A stretch of 64,000 bases of DNA. It comes from Clostridiales bacterium. GTDB taxonomy: Bacteria > Bacillota > DSM-16504 > Desulfitibacterales > JAICDB01. Shown here in pieces: positions 36,359-44,560 of this stretch. Location of the stretch: the NCBI GenBank assembly GCA_020063565.1, contig JAICDB010000001.1:33056-97055 (forward strand), in the 5' to 3' direction. Numbering within the stretch: the stretch's first letter is position 1; each line of letters opens with the position of its first letter. A program made the position numbers and the translations under genes. The notes beneath the pieces are model-generated. The model made no database searches, was not told where the DNA came from, and was given only the letters and a program-made list of their open reading frames with translations.

Positions 36359-38368
36359 ATGATTAAAGTAAAAGAAGATGGTAAGCTGCTGGTTATTGAT
36401 TTTAATGGATTTGAAATTGTAAAACATTCAAATGAGATTCCTTTCCTGCACGTTGGAAGCGGTACTGCAAATTATGACATGCTTAATGGAAACTTTGAAA
36501 TTGAAGAACATTTAAATGAAAAAATTGCCTTAACCGATTACACTGTTTTGGAAGAAAAAGCTACTTCAGTTAAAGTGAAATTTTCAAGAAACGAAGTGTA
36601 CGCGGTAACTGTAAACTTTACAGAAGTTGATGGAAGGCTACATATTGATTTCCAAGAAAAACCGAAAGGCCTGAATAGAAGCTGGATAAAAATAGCTGCA
36701 CAGGAAAATGAACATATATACGGGTGCGGTGAACAGTTTTCTGAGCTTGACCTCAAGGGCAAAAAGGTTCCCTTATGGGTATCGGAGCAGGGGGTGGGCA
36801 GAAATAAAAAGGATTACCTGACCTTCCAGGCAGATGTACATGCCGGGGCAGGTGGTGACTGGTATACTACCTATTATCCCCAGCCTACTTTTGTGTCCTC
36901 TAAAAACTACTGGTGCCATGTAGAAGACTCCCACTATATGGAATTTGACTTTAGAAATGATTTGTACCATGAGCTATGTGTCTGGAGCATTCCTTCAAAG
37001 GTTATCATATCTAAAAAAAATACTGCCCTGGAAGTTCTTGAAGATTTAACAGCTTACCTGGGAAGGCAGCCTGAACTTCCTGACTGGTCCTATGATGGAG
37101 TATGGCTGGGATTACAGGGTGGTACGGAAACTGTACTTAAAAAACTTGAAAATGCTCAAAATCACGGCCTGAAGGTTGTTGCCTTATGGTGTCAAGACTG
37201 GGAAGGTAAGCGCATAACTGACTTTGGAAAACGACTTTTCTGGAATTGGGAATACCACAAAGAAATGTATCCGGATCTACCACAAACGATTAAAGAGCTC
37301 AATGAAAAGGGGATTAAGTTTTTAGGCTATATCAACACCTTCCTTGCTACTGATGGTGAAATGTATAAGGAAGCCACTAAAAAAGGTTATATAGTAAAAG
37401 ATAATGAAGGCAAAGATTATGAGGGAGCCAAGGATATGCCTGCTGTACTAATGGACTTTACTAATCCGGAAGCAGTTAATTGGATTAAAAATATAATTAA
37501 AGAAAATATGATAGGGATTGGTTTATCAGGCTGGATGTGTGATTTTGGGGAGTACCTGCCAACCGATGCTGTATTATACTCCGGTGAAAGTGCAGAAAGT
37601 TATCATAACAAGTATCCTGCAGAGTGGGCAAAGATAAATAGGGAAGCTGTCGAAGAAGCAGGCAAATTGGGCGAGGTAGTTTTCTTTACCAGGGCCGGTT
37701 ATACCGGTACTTCCAGATATTCACTTTTAATGTGGGCAGGTGACCAAACTGTTAACTGGAGTTTAGATGATGGTCTTGCCTCTGTAATACCTGCTGCTCT
37801 CTCCTTGGGAATGAGTGGCTTTGGAATATCCCATTCTGATATTGGTGGTTACACCTCACTTTACGGTGTAAAAAGGACCAAGGAACTGTTTATGAGATGG
37901 GCCGAAATGGCAGCATTCACACCTGTTATGAGAACCCATGAAGGAAACAGGCCTGATGACTGCTGGCAGTTTGACTCAGATGAAGAGACCTTATTACATT
38001 TTGCAAAGATGAGCAAAATCTATACCCATCTCAAGCCATACATTAAAGACGTAGTAAAAGAAAATGCGGAAAAGGGAATTCCCGCACAACGCCATCCGTA
38101 TATCCATTATGAAAATGATGAGGAACTTCACAAGTTGAAATACCAGTACCTCTTCGGCAGGGATTTGATGGTAGCCCCTGTTTATGAGGAAAATAAAACT
38201 AGCCGCAAGCTGTATCTGCCGGAAGATAATTGGATCCATGTTTGGACAGGAAAAGAATATGGTAAAGGGTATCATGAAGTTGAAGCTCCCTTAGGAGAAA
38301 TTCCCGTATTCTATAGGAAGGGCTCACAGTATGAAGACCTCTTTAAGCAAATTGCTGATATAAAGTAG
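36359..38368 (+). CDS. yihQ: GH31 sulfoquinovosidase (YihQ-type)
   Basis: The 669-aa ORF is colinear with my recollection of E. coli YihQ over the whole length: HIYGCGEQFS, PLWVSEQGVGRNK, LGRQPELPDW, QDWEGKRITDFGKRLFWNW (R-x-x-W sulfonate-pocket pair), GWMCDFGEYLPTD (nucleophile Asp), MWAGDQTVNWSLDDGLASV (acid/base Asp), HSDIGGYTS (pocket Tyr), THEGNRP. Confidence 0.8.
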   Translation: MIKVKEDGKLLVIDFNGFEIVKHSNEIPFLHVGSGTANYDMLNGNFEIEEHLNEKIALTDYTVLEEKATSVKVKFSRNEVYAVTVNFTEVDGRLHIDFQEKPKGLNRSWIKIAAQENEHIYGCGEQFSELDLKGKKVPLWVSEQGVGRNKKDYLTFQADVHAGAGGDWYTTYYPQPTFVSSKNYWCHVEDSHYMEFDFRNDLYHELCVWSIPSKVIISKKNTALEVLEDLTAYLGRQPELPDWSYDGVWLGLQGGTETVLKKLENAQNHGLKVVALWCQDWEGKRITDFGKRLFWNWEYHKEMYPDLPQTIKELNEKGIKFLGYINTFLATDGEMYKEATKKGYIVKDNEGKDYEGAKDMPAVLMDFTNPEAVNWIKNIIKENMIGIGLSGWMCDFGEYLPTDAVLYSGESAESYHNKYPAEWAKINREAVEEAGKLGEVVFFTRAGYTGTSRYSLLMWAGDQTVNWSLDDGLASVIPAALSLGMSGFGISHSDIGGYTSLYGVKRTKELFMRWAEMAAFTPVMRTHEGNRPDDCWQFDSDEETLLHFAKMSKIYTHLKPYIKDVVKENAEKGIPAQRHPYIHYENDEELHKLKYQYLFGRDLMVAPVYEENKTSRKLYLPEDNWIHVWTGKEYGKGYHEVEAPLGEIPVFYRKGSQYEDLFKQIADIK

Positions 38369-38382
38369 TTTTTATAACATGA

Positions 38383-38416
38383 AAAGCCAACTCACGCCTG
38401 TGTGGGTTGGCTTTTA
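38383..38416. terminator. Bidirectional terminator between yihQ and the convergent transglycosylase gene
   Basis: AAAAGCCAACTCAC / GTGGGTTGGCTTTT stem with flanking A/T runs. Confidence 0.75.
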
Positions 38417-38428
38417 ATATTGAGTTTT

Positions 38429-39085
38429 TTAATTTTGCTTTTGTTTTTCTACAGATTTTAAAATCGTTCTGGAATAAGCGCTTCTGCTGGTACCATGATA
38501 TTCCTTATATTTTTTTAGACCGTACATTCCCCTGTTATAGGCTGTTAAAGCATCATGCCAGTTATGATATTTTTGATATAAATAGTTTAAATACCAGAGT
38601 CCCATTTTCATATTTAATTCAATGTTGTATGCCATATCATAAGTAAAATCTTTTATGCCAATTTTTTCGGCAAGCCAGGGGCTTGTATTGTCGTTAAGCT
38701 GGAAAAGTCCGCGATCGTATGTATCGTTCCATTCATTATAACAAGTTAATTTAGGATCAAAGTTACTTTCCAGCCTAACAACCTCATATGCCAGTTCCAA
38801 AGGTATATTATACGATGCCGCAATATTTTGTAGTGTCCGGATAAGCTCAACGGAAGTACCAGCTTTTTCAGCCAGTTGCTTTTGTTTTTCTGTGATATAA
38901 GTATAAGTTTCCAAGGTGTTTTTTTCTATGTTTTTTAATTGTGTATCCAGCATGCTTACCTTCTCTTCTATTTTTTGTAAGCTGCCTTCAATAACTTGTG
39001 GTGACCTATTAAATGCCAGGTTTGCAATTGGAAAAAATAAGATCAATGTTACAAAGACGGTCACCAAAAGCCACACTTTTTTCAT
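38429..39085 (-). CDS. Membrane-anchored lytic transglycosylase (SLT domain) with coiled-coil linker
   Basis: 218-aa ORF with an N-terminal TM helix and the SLT motifs VRLESNFDP (catalytic Glu-Ser) and GLFQLN. Confidence 0.8.
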   Translation of the reverse strand: MKKVWLLVTVFVTLILFFPIANLAFNRSPQVIEGSLQKIEEKVSMLDTQLKNIEKNTLETYTYITEKQKQLAEKAGTSVELIRTLQNIAASYNIPLELAYEVVRLESNFDPKLTCYNEWNDTYDRGLFQLNDNTSPWLAEKIGIKDFTYDMAYNIELNMKMGLWYLNYLYQKYHNWHDALTAYNRGMYGLKKYKEYHGTSRSAYSRTILKSVEKQKQN

Positions 39086-39369
39086 TTTAGTTAACCTCCT
39101 TAATTTTCCATATAAGGTAATTTTTTATTATTAACAAAGACGCATATCAGTTTAACATAATTTACTACTACTGGCAATGGATAAATCTTGCAGAATTTTT
39201 AGCATAAATTTAATAAAAAAACAAGGAGCAAAAAAATCTAAAGATATTTCCAATTGTTCCAAAATGCTATACTCCGACGTGTAATATTTATTGTAAACCT
39301 TGATTTTATAAGGAATAATTTATACAATATGGAATTGTAATTTAGATGTATTAGGGAGGCGTATTTTAA

Positions 39370-40440
39370 TTGACTAAAGTTTGGTTTACTTCTGTAAAAG
39401 AAAATGCTTCTACACATGAAATTTCGGAAAAGGTACTTAAATTATATAATGAAGCGGATTTTCAGAAGATATTTACCAAAGATGAGTTTACTGCTGTAAA
39501 AATACATTTTGGAGAGAAAAACAATACAGGCCATATCAAACCTGAGTGGATTAAGGCTTTATTAGAAAAAATCAAAGAAAGCGGCTGCAAACCTTTTTTA
39601 ACCGATACAAATACTTTGTATAAGGGTCAGCGTCAAAATTCGGTTGATCATTTAATGCAAGCCTATGAACACGGTTTTACCATAGAAAATGTAGGAGTAC
39701 CTGTGATTATCGCTGACGGACTTCTTTCTAAAAATTTTTCCGAAGTGACAATTGAGGGGAAACACTTTAACTCTGTCAAAATTGCAAATGATATTTTACA
39801 CAGCGAATCACTCGTTGTTTTAAGCCATATGACCGGACATGTCTTAAGCGGACTTGGTGCAGCCATTAAAAACCTGGCCATGGGTGCTGCTCCTCGAAGT
39901 GGTAAACAAGTGCAGCATGCTGATGTAAGACCGGAGGTTAAAGGAGAAAAATGTAAAGCGTGTAGAAAGTGTATCGAGTGGTGTCCAAAGGATGCAATAG
40001 AAATCTATGACGGTGTTGCAGTTATTGATGTTGAGAAATGTTATGGCTGTGGAGAGTGTATTGCTACCTGCCGTTATGAAGCAATAGATTTTTCCTTTAA
40101 ATCATCAAGCGGACTTTTACAGGAAAAAATGGCCGAATATGCTTTCGGTGCTGTAAGGGATAAAGAGGGGAAAGTCTGCTATTTCAATTTTTTAACCCAT
40201 TTTACCAAAGAATGTGACTGTTATGGGAAAGCCCAGGACAAGGAAACTGAGGACATCGGTATTTTAGCTTCATACGATCCTGTGGCTATCGACCAGGCTT
40301 CAGTTGACCTCTTGAAGGATAGAGCAGGAGAGGACCTCCTGAGAAAACTCTGGCCGGAAAATGATTATAATATCCAACTTGGTCATGCAGAAAAAATTGG
40401 ACTGGGAACTAGAGACTATGAACTTATACAAATAAATTAA
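39370..40440 (+). CDS. DUF362-family protein with inserted 2x[4Fe-4S] ferredoxin domain
   Basis: 356-aa ORF with TTG start after a GGGAGG RBS. CKACRKCIEWCPKDAI and CYGCGECIATCRYEAI are embedded in a DUF362-like scaffold. Confidence 0.65.
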   Translation: MTKVWFTSVKENASTHEISEKVLKLYNEADFQKIFTKDEFTAVKIHFGEKNNTGHIKPEWIKALLEKIKESGCKPFLTDTNTLYKGQRQNSVDHLMQAYEHGFTIENVGVPVIIADGLLSKNFSEVTIEGKHFNSVKIANDILHSESLVVLSHMTGHVLSGLGAAIKNLAMGAAPRSGKQVQHADVRPEVKGEKCKACRKCIEWCPKDAIEIYDGVAVIDVEKCYGCGECIATCRYEAIDFSFKSSSGLLQEKMAEYAFGAVRDKEGKVCYFNFLTHFTKECDCYGKAQDKETEDIGILASYDPVAIDQASVDLLKDRAGEDLLRKLWPENDYNIQLGHAEKIGLGTRDYELIQIN

Positions 40441-40443
40441 CTA

Positions 40444-40472
40444 AAAAGCGCCGAAAAGCCCGGCGCTTTTTG
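40444..40472. terminator. Bidirectional terminator
   Basis: AAAAGCGCCG / CGGCGCTTTT stem with a 7-nt loop, flanked by A and T runs. Confidence 0.75.
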
Positions 40473-40482
40473 ATTGTTTAAC

Positions 40483-41100
40483 TTATAAGCAAAATTCTTT
40501 AATTCTTTTTTTCTGTAATTCGCCATCTAAATAAATACTAAACATATCATCTTTTTTTTCAATTTTTTGGAGAGCTTCTTTTGCTTCAGGTGTACCAATG
40601 CTATGTAAAGCAAAGGCAGCAAATCCTTTGATGGTTTGATCTTTAGAATTTAAAAACTGTTCTATTTCAGGGATATACTCTTCGATTAACTCCGGAGCTT
40701 TTAAAGCTATTCTTCCTAAAGCCCAGAGGACGTACCCTCTGATGTTTTCATCTTCCAAAAAACAGGCTAAATTAGAAATAAAGTTTTGATATTCCTTTGG
40801 ATTATGGCGAATAATCTCTCCAATAACCTGAGCTGAACTCCAGGGAGTACCACCTGATTCATCATTAAGGCTCCAAAAAAATCTCCGTATTATATCTCTG
40901 ACCAATTCCGGTTTTTGCTGAGATATACTACCACAAACCAGCCCCAGCGCTTCAATAGCTCGCCAGGTAAGAACCGAATTTAAGTCGTATAGAAATACCT
41001 GCAGGTATTTCAAGGTAGATCTTTTTTGAATTCCTAATTGTACGATTCCGGCAAAGTCTTTTTCTTCTAGCATTTTCTTGAGGGTATTTTTTAAACTCAT
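40483..41100 (-). CDS. HEAT/ARM-like repeat protein, unknown function
   Basis: 205-aa ORF, all-helical, with repeated WRAIEALG / LWALGRIA / AAFALHSIG HEAT-type signatures. Confidence 0.5.
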   Translation of the reverse strand: MSLKNTLKKMLEEKDFAGIVQLGIQKRSTLKYLQVFLYDLNSVLTWRAIEALGLVCGSISQQKPELVRDIIRRFFWSLNDESGGTPWSSAQVIGEIIRHNPKEYQNFISNLACFLEDENIRGYVLWALGRIALKAPELIEEYIPEIEQFLNSKDQTIKGFAAFALHSIGTPEAKEALQKIEKKDDMFSIYLDGELQKKRIKEFCL

Positions 41101-41189
41101 CCTAGAATCACCCTTTAATGATAGTAATAGTAACTTATACTATTACTATTCTTCAAAAGTTTAAAAATACCTGCTTTATTGATATTATC

Positions 41190-42029
41190 TTAATCGTTTT
41201 CTATGTTTTTTATAATTTCACCATATATTTCTGGACGGCGAGACTCTAGATAAAATCTATTTCGCATTAAGTCGGATTTATTCTTGCGTATGGAGTCTAA
41301 CTTGCTGCTTTTCAGAGTAACAACCAGCATTTCTTCGTCTTTATCTGAAGTTTCAGCAATTAAATTTCCTAAAGGATCAAATACCATACACCCTCCTTGG
41401 TAATTGATACCTTCGCCGTTATCTCCATAATGATTACAGGTAACAAGATATAATGAATTGTCATAGGCCCTGGCAGGTAAATATTTTAGCCAACTTTCTT
41501 TTCTTTTTTCTAAAGACATAGGAGTGGCATGGGGCAAAAAAACAACCTCTGCACCTTGAAGTGCTTGGATAGTGGTTACTTCAGGAAAGTGGCAGTCGAA
41601 ACATAATTGAATTCCAAATTTAGCCTTTGAATATGAAAAAGTTTTTACTTTGTCTGCTGGTCTGAAATAATGTTGTTCCGTAACTCCAAGGTGTGTTTTA
41701 CGGTATTTATCTATTCTTCCATCAGGATAAATAACTGCTTGAGTAATAAAAGGCTTGCTTTCAGATTTCTCTATTAAACCTGCTAAAATGATGATATTGT
41801 GTTTTTCAGATAATCCTTGCAGGTAGTTGCAACTTTGACCGTGAAGGGGTTCAGCCAGATCCTTGGCTTTTTTTAAAGTATAGCCTTGAATACTTAATTC
41901 CGGAAAGCAGATAATATCTACAGTTTGAGCGTGAGCTTTCTTAATAAATTCTTCCATTTTTTTAAGATTTTTAGAAATTTCCCCTACAGATGACTGCATC
42001 TGTACTGCCGCAATCCTAACATCTTCCAT
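41190..42029 (-). CDS. Carbon-nitrogen hydrolase (nitrilase superfamily)
   Basis: 279-aa ORF. The Glu-Lys-Cys triad contexts are CFPELSIQGY, YRKTHL and GIQLCFDCHFPE. Confidence 0.8.
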   Translation of the reverse strand: MEDVRIAAVQMQSSVGEISKNLKKMEEFIKKAHAQTVDIICFPELSIQGYTLKKAKDLAEPLHGQSCNYLQGLSEKHNIIILAGLIEKSESKPFITQAVIYPDGRIDKYRKTHLGVTEQHYFRPADKVKTFSYSKAKFGIQLCFDCHFPEVTTIQALQGAEVVFLPHATPMSLEKRKESWLKYLPARAYDNSLYLVTCNHYGDNGEGINYQGGCMVFDPLGNLIAETSDKDEEMLVVTLKSSKLDSIRKNKSDLMRNRFYLESRRPEIYGEIIKNIEND

Positions 42030-42184
42030 AACTTTACGCTCCCAACATAAAGATGTGATAATCTTAGTTTATAATAAAGTAGAAAGTTAAGCAAAAAAAA
42101 GAGAAATTATATTTACCAGGATAATTAAAAAAATGAGAACCTTAAAAAAAATTCAAATTGGAATTAAATGGTTGCAAAATTTTC

Positions 42185-42237
42185 TTGAAATATGTGTTCT
42201 TTACATTATAATAAAAGTAAAGTTTGTAATATTACAA
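42185..42237 (+). promoter_or_regulatory. gntR promoter with a perfect palindromic operator just downstream of the -10
   Basis: TTGAAA (42185-42190), 16-nt spacer, TATAAT (42207-42212), then the 14-bp perfect palindrome TTGTAATATTACAA (42224-42237), which fits the GntR-type GT..AC architecture. Confidence 0.65.
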
Positions 42238-42258
42238 AAAATTGGGGAGCGGGAGACC

Positions 42259-43035
42259 ATGCAAAATAGTATTCAGAATTTAGATGCTATGCCATTACAC
42301 TACCGTATTGCATATGAATTGAGAAATAAGCTCCAGAAGGGCTATTGGAAGCCCGGTGACCTGTTTCCTACTGATAAGCAGCTTATGGAACAGTATAATG
42401 TGAGCAGTACTACAGTGCGCAGAGCTATATACGAATTAGTACAGGAAGGATGGCTTGAAAGAAAGCCTGGTAAAGGAACATTTGTAAGAAATCAAATGGT
42501 GGAAAACCTTCGTAAGCTGACAGGTTTCTTTGAAGAAATTCAATCTAAAGGTATGGTTCCGAGTGCAGAAATTATCAAAAGTGAGATTGTAACGGTAGAT
42601 AATAATTTATTGCAGGAAATTCCTCTTTTGCAGGATTTCAATGTTTCTAAGGTATATTTAATTAAAAAAATTCATAAAATGAACAATACACCTGTTGTTT
42701 ATGTGAAAAGTTTTTGGCCTGTTGATATAGGAACTGAAATTGCAAAATATGATCTAACTAAGCAAGGTGTATATAGCATTGTTCAAGATGAATTGGGGAT
42801 TTTACTGAGAGAGGCGTCCCAGACAATTTCAGCCGGTTTAGCTGATAAAGAAGAAGCTGAGGCGTTAAATATAGCGGAAAAGGCTCCAATTTTAGTTATG
42901 AACAGGGCTACCTACAGCAATGAAAGGCTTTTAGAGGTTGCTGTAAACTCCTACAGGGCGGATTTATATAGTTATAAAATTATCTTAAGTCGTAATGATA
43001 TCAAAAAGAATGCAGGCATGGTATTAAATGCCTAA
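42259..43035 (+). CDS. GntR-family (HutC/UTRA subfamily) transcriptional regulator
   Basis: The ORF was trimmed to ATG 42259 (GGGGAGCGGGAG RBS), because the longer ORF would include its own promoter and operator. The wHTH is LFPTDKQLMEQYNVSSTTVRRAIYELVQEGWLERKPGKGTFV, followed by a UTRA-like C-terminal domain. Confidence 0.85.
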   Translation: MQNSIQNLDAMPLHYRIAYELRNKLQKGYWKPGDLFPTDKQLMEQYNVSSTTVRRAIYELVQEGWLERKPGKGTFVRNQMVENLRKLTGFFEEIQSKGMVPSAEIIKSEIVTVDNNLLQEIPLLQDFNVSKVYLIKKIHKMNNTPVVYVKSFWPVDIGTEIAKYDLTKQGVYSIVQDELGILLREASQTISAGLADKEEAEALNIAEKAPILVMNRATYSNERLLEVAVNSYRADLYSYKIILSRNDIKKNAGMVLNA

Positions 43036-43075
43036 AATAAATTTTTTTGTATTGTCCAAAAATTACAGAAATGCA

Positions 43076-43105
43076 TTGACAGTACAATCAATTCAACTTT
43101 ATAAT
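43076..43105 (+). promoter_or_regulatory. Candidate promoter of the pfk-aldolase-ABC-isomerase operon
   Basis: TTGACA (43076-43081), 18-nt spacer, TATAAT (43100-43105). A second TATAAT at 43120-43125 lies inside the element shared with yihQ. Confidence 0.5.
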
Positions 43106-43201
43106 TATGTTAGCAAATATATAATATTACAATATTTCATTTTAATTAAAAATATGGTGTTATAATTACTTTAAGGGTTTATTAATTTTTTTAATTAAAT
43201 A

Positions 43202-43268
43202 TTGTAATATTACAAATTGTAATATTACAAAAGAATTTTTGCAATAATTAAATATTGCAAAATTACAA
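43202..43268 (+). promoter_or_regulatory. Operator array: two tandem perfect TTGTAATATTACAA palindromes plus a degenerate third copy and a 10-bp-arm inverted repeat
   Basis: The perfect copies are at 43202-43215 and 43217-43230, a 15-bp period. TTGCAAAATTACAA lies at 43255-43268. TTTTGCAATA / TATTGCAAAA is an inverted repeat at 43237-43262. Confidence 0.7.
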
Positions 43269-43327
43269 ATGTACAAATTTACAACTTACAACTTTAATTA
43301 AAATTTTTCTGCATGAGGTGATTCACT

Positions 43328-44524
43328 TTGGTTAAAGCAATTGAAGGAAACCTTCTGGTAGGTCAATCAGGAGGGCCCACACCGGTAATTAATGCTAGTT
43401 TAGCGGGAGTTATCTCTGAAGCACAAAGACATAGTAACGTCAAAACTATCTATGGAATGGAGAATGGAATTGAAGGTTTGCTACAAGGCAAGCTTAAAAA
43501 GATTCCAGAAATGTCAGAAAAAAATATCCAATTGCTGGCATCCACACCTGCCTCTGCTTTGGGAAGCTGTAGATATAAGGTGCAGGATGACGATTACCCT
43601 AAGCTTTTGCAAATATTTAAAGAAAATAATATCAGGTACTTCTTTTACATTGGTGGAAACGACTCCATGGATACATGCAACAAAATAGCCAAGCTCGCAG
43701 AGGCTGAGGGCTATGAAATGTATGTTATGGGAGTGCCTAAAACAATTGATAATGACTTGCCTCTCACTGATCACTGCCCCGGATTTGGAAGTGCAGCTCG
43801 TTTTACTGCAGTTAGTACTCTAGGAACAGGTCGCGATCTTGAAGCAATGAAAACATTTGATGATGTAACCATTGTGGAAATTATGGGTCGCCATGCTGGC
43901 TGGCTGGCTGCTTCCTCAGCGCTTTTGAAAAGGGATGTCAAAGATGCGCCACACTTAATTTACTTACCTGAAAGAACCTTTAAAATGGATAAATTCATAG
44001 AAGATGTAAAGACAGTTCATAAGGAATTAGGATATGTATTTGTAGCAATAGGAGAAGGCATTAGAGATGAAAGTGGAGAGTTTATTGGAGCAAAGAATGC
44101 TGTAAAAGATGCCTTCGGACATATTGCAATAGCCCTTAGTGAAGGACCTGCAGCTTATCTGGCAAGGACAGTAAACAAAGAACTTGGCCTGCAAGCTCGC
44201 TACAATCGAAGTGGTACAATTCAGCGAGCTTATTCAGAATCTGTCTCTGATGCTGATAGAAATGAAGCATTTATGGTTGGACAAAAGGCAGTAGAGCTTG
44301 CAGTAAAAGGTGAAACAGGAAAGATGGTAACCCTGGTTAGGGGAGAGGGAACGGAGTATAAGTGTACAACAGGAACAGCTTCCCTTGAGAAGGTGGCTAA
44401 TGTTGAAAAAGTAGTTCCAGACGAATTTATTAACGCTGAAGGCAATTTTGTAACTGAAGCATTTAAGGAATACGCATTGCCACTACTTGGAAGTAATTTG
44501 CCGGAGTATTATAGATTTAAGTAA
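43328..44524 (+). CDS. PfkA-family sugar-phosphate/sulfosugar 1-kinase with PPi-type signature residues
   Basis: 398-aa ORF with TTG start 8 nt after GAGGTG. PFK motifs are SGGPTPVINA, IGGNDS (E. coli IGGDGS), GVPKTIDND (E. coli GLPGTIDND) and EIMGRHAGW. Confidence 0.75.
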   Translation: MVKAIEGNLLVGQSGGPTPVINASLAGVISEAQRHSNVKTIYGMENGIEGLLQGKLKKIPEMSEKNIQLLASTPASALGSCRYKVQDDDYPKLLQIFKENNIRYFFYIGGNDSMDTCNKIAKLAEAEGYEMYVMGVPKTIDNDLPLTDHCPGFGSAARFTAVSTLGTGRDLEAMKTFDDVTIVEIMGRHAGWLAASSALLKRDVKDAPHLIYLPERTFKMDKFIEDVKTVHKELGYVFVAIGEGIRDESGEFIGAKNAVKDAFGHIAIALSEGPAAYLARTVNKELGLQARYNRSGTIQRAYSESVSDADRNEAFMVGQKAVELAVKGETGKMVTLVRGEGTEYKCTTGTASLEKVANVEKVVPDEFINAEGNFVTEAFKEYALPLLGSNLPEYYRFK

Positions 44525-44560
44525 TAGCAACTAGATAAAATTTTTGGGAGAGGTGTTAGT

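Noticed and set aside
36359-38368. The GH31 protein could be a generic alpha-glucosidase or alpha-xylosidase.
   Set aside because: The R-x-x-W pair (KRLFW) and the Tyr in HSDIGGY, together with end-to-end YihQ-like colinearity, fit the sulfoquinovosidase subfamily better. This still needs a real alignment.
38407-38646. 79-aa plus-strand ORF overlapping the 3' end of the transglycosylase gene.
   Set aside because: It is antisense to a well-supported SLT-domain CDS and starts inside the yihQ terminator; it is most likely spurious. The same reasoning applies to the many other short antisense ORFs in the track, for example 1321-1548, 2617-3234, 5276-6102, 7601-8437, 20262-20749 and 54111-54928.
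42133-42258. The longer 300-aa version of the GntR ORF given in the track.
   Set aside because: The extra 42 codons cover a consensus promoter (TTGAAA-16-TATAAT) and the palindromic operator. A good RBS precedes the internal ATG at 42259, and the wHTH begins shortly after it.
43191-43291. Dense short repeats (TTGTAATATTACAA and others) could be a mini CRISPR array or a satellite.
   Set aside because: The units are 14-bp palindromes separated by 1 bp, with no unique spacers. They lie in a promoter-leader region downstream of a GntR gene, and a further copy sits at that gene's own promoter. This is operator behaviour, not CRISPR.
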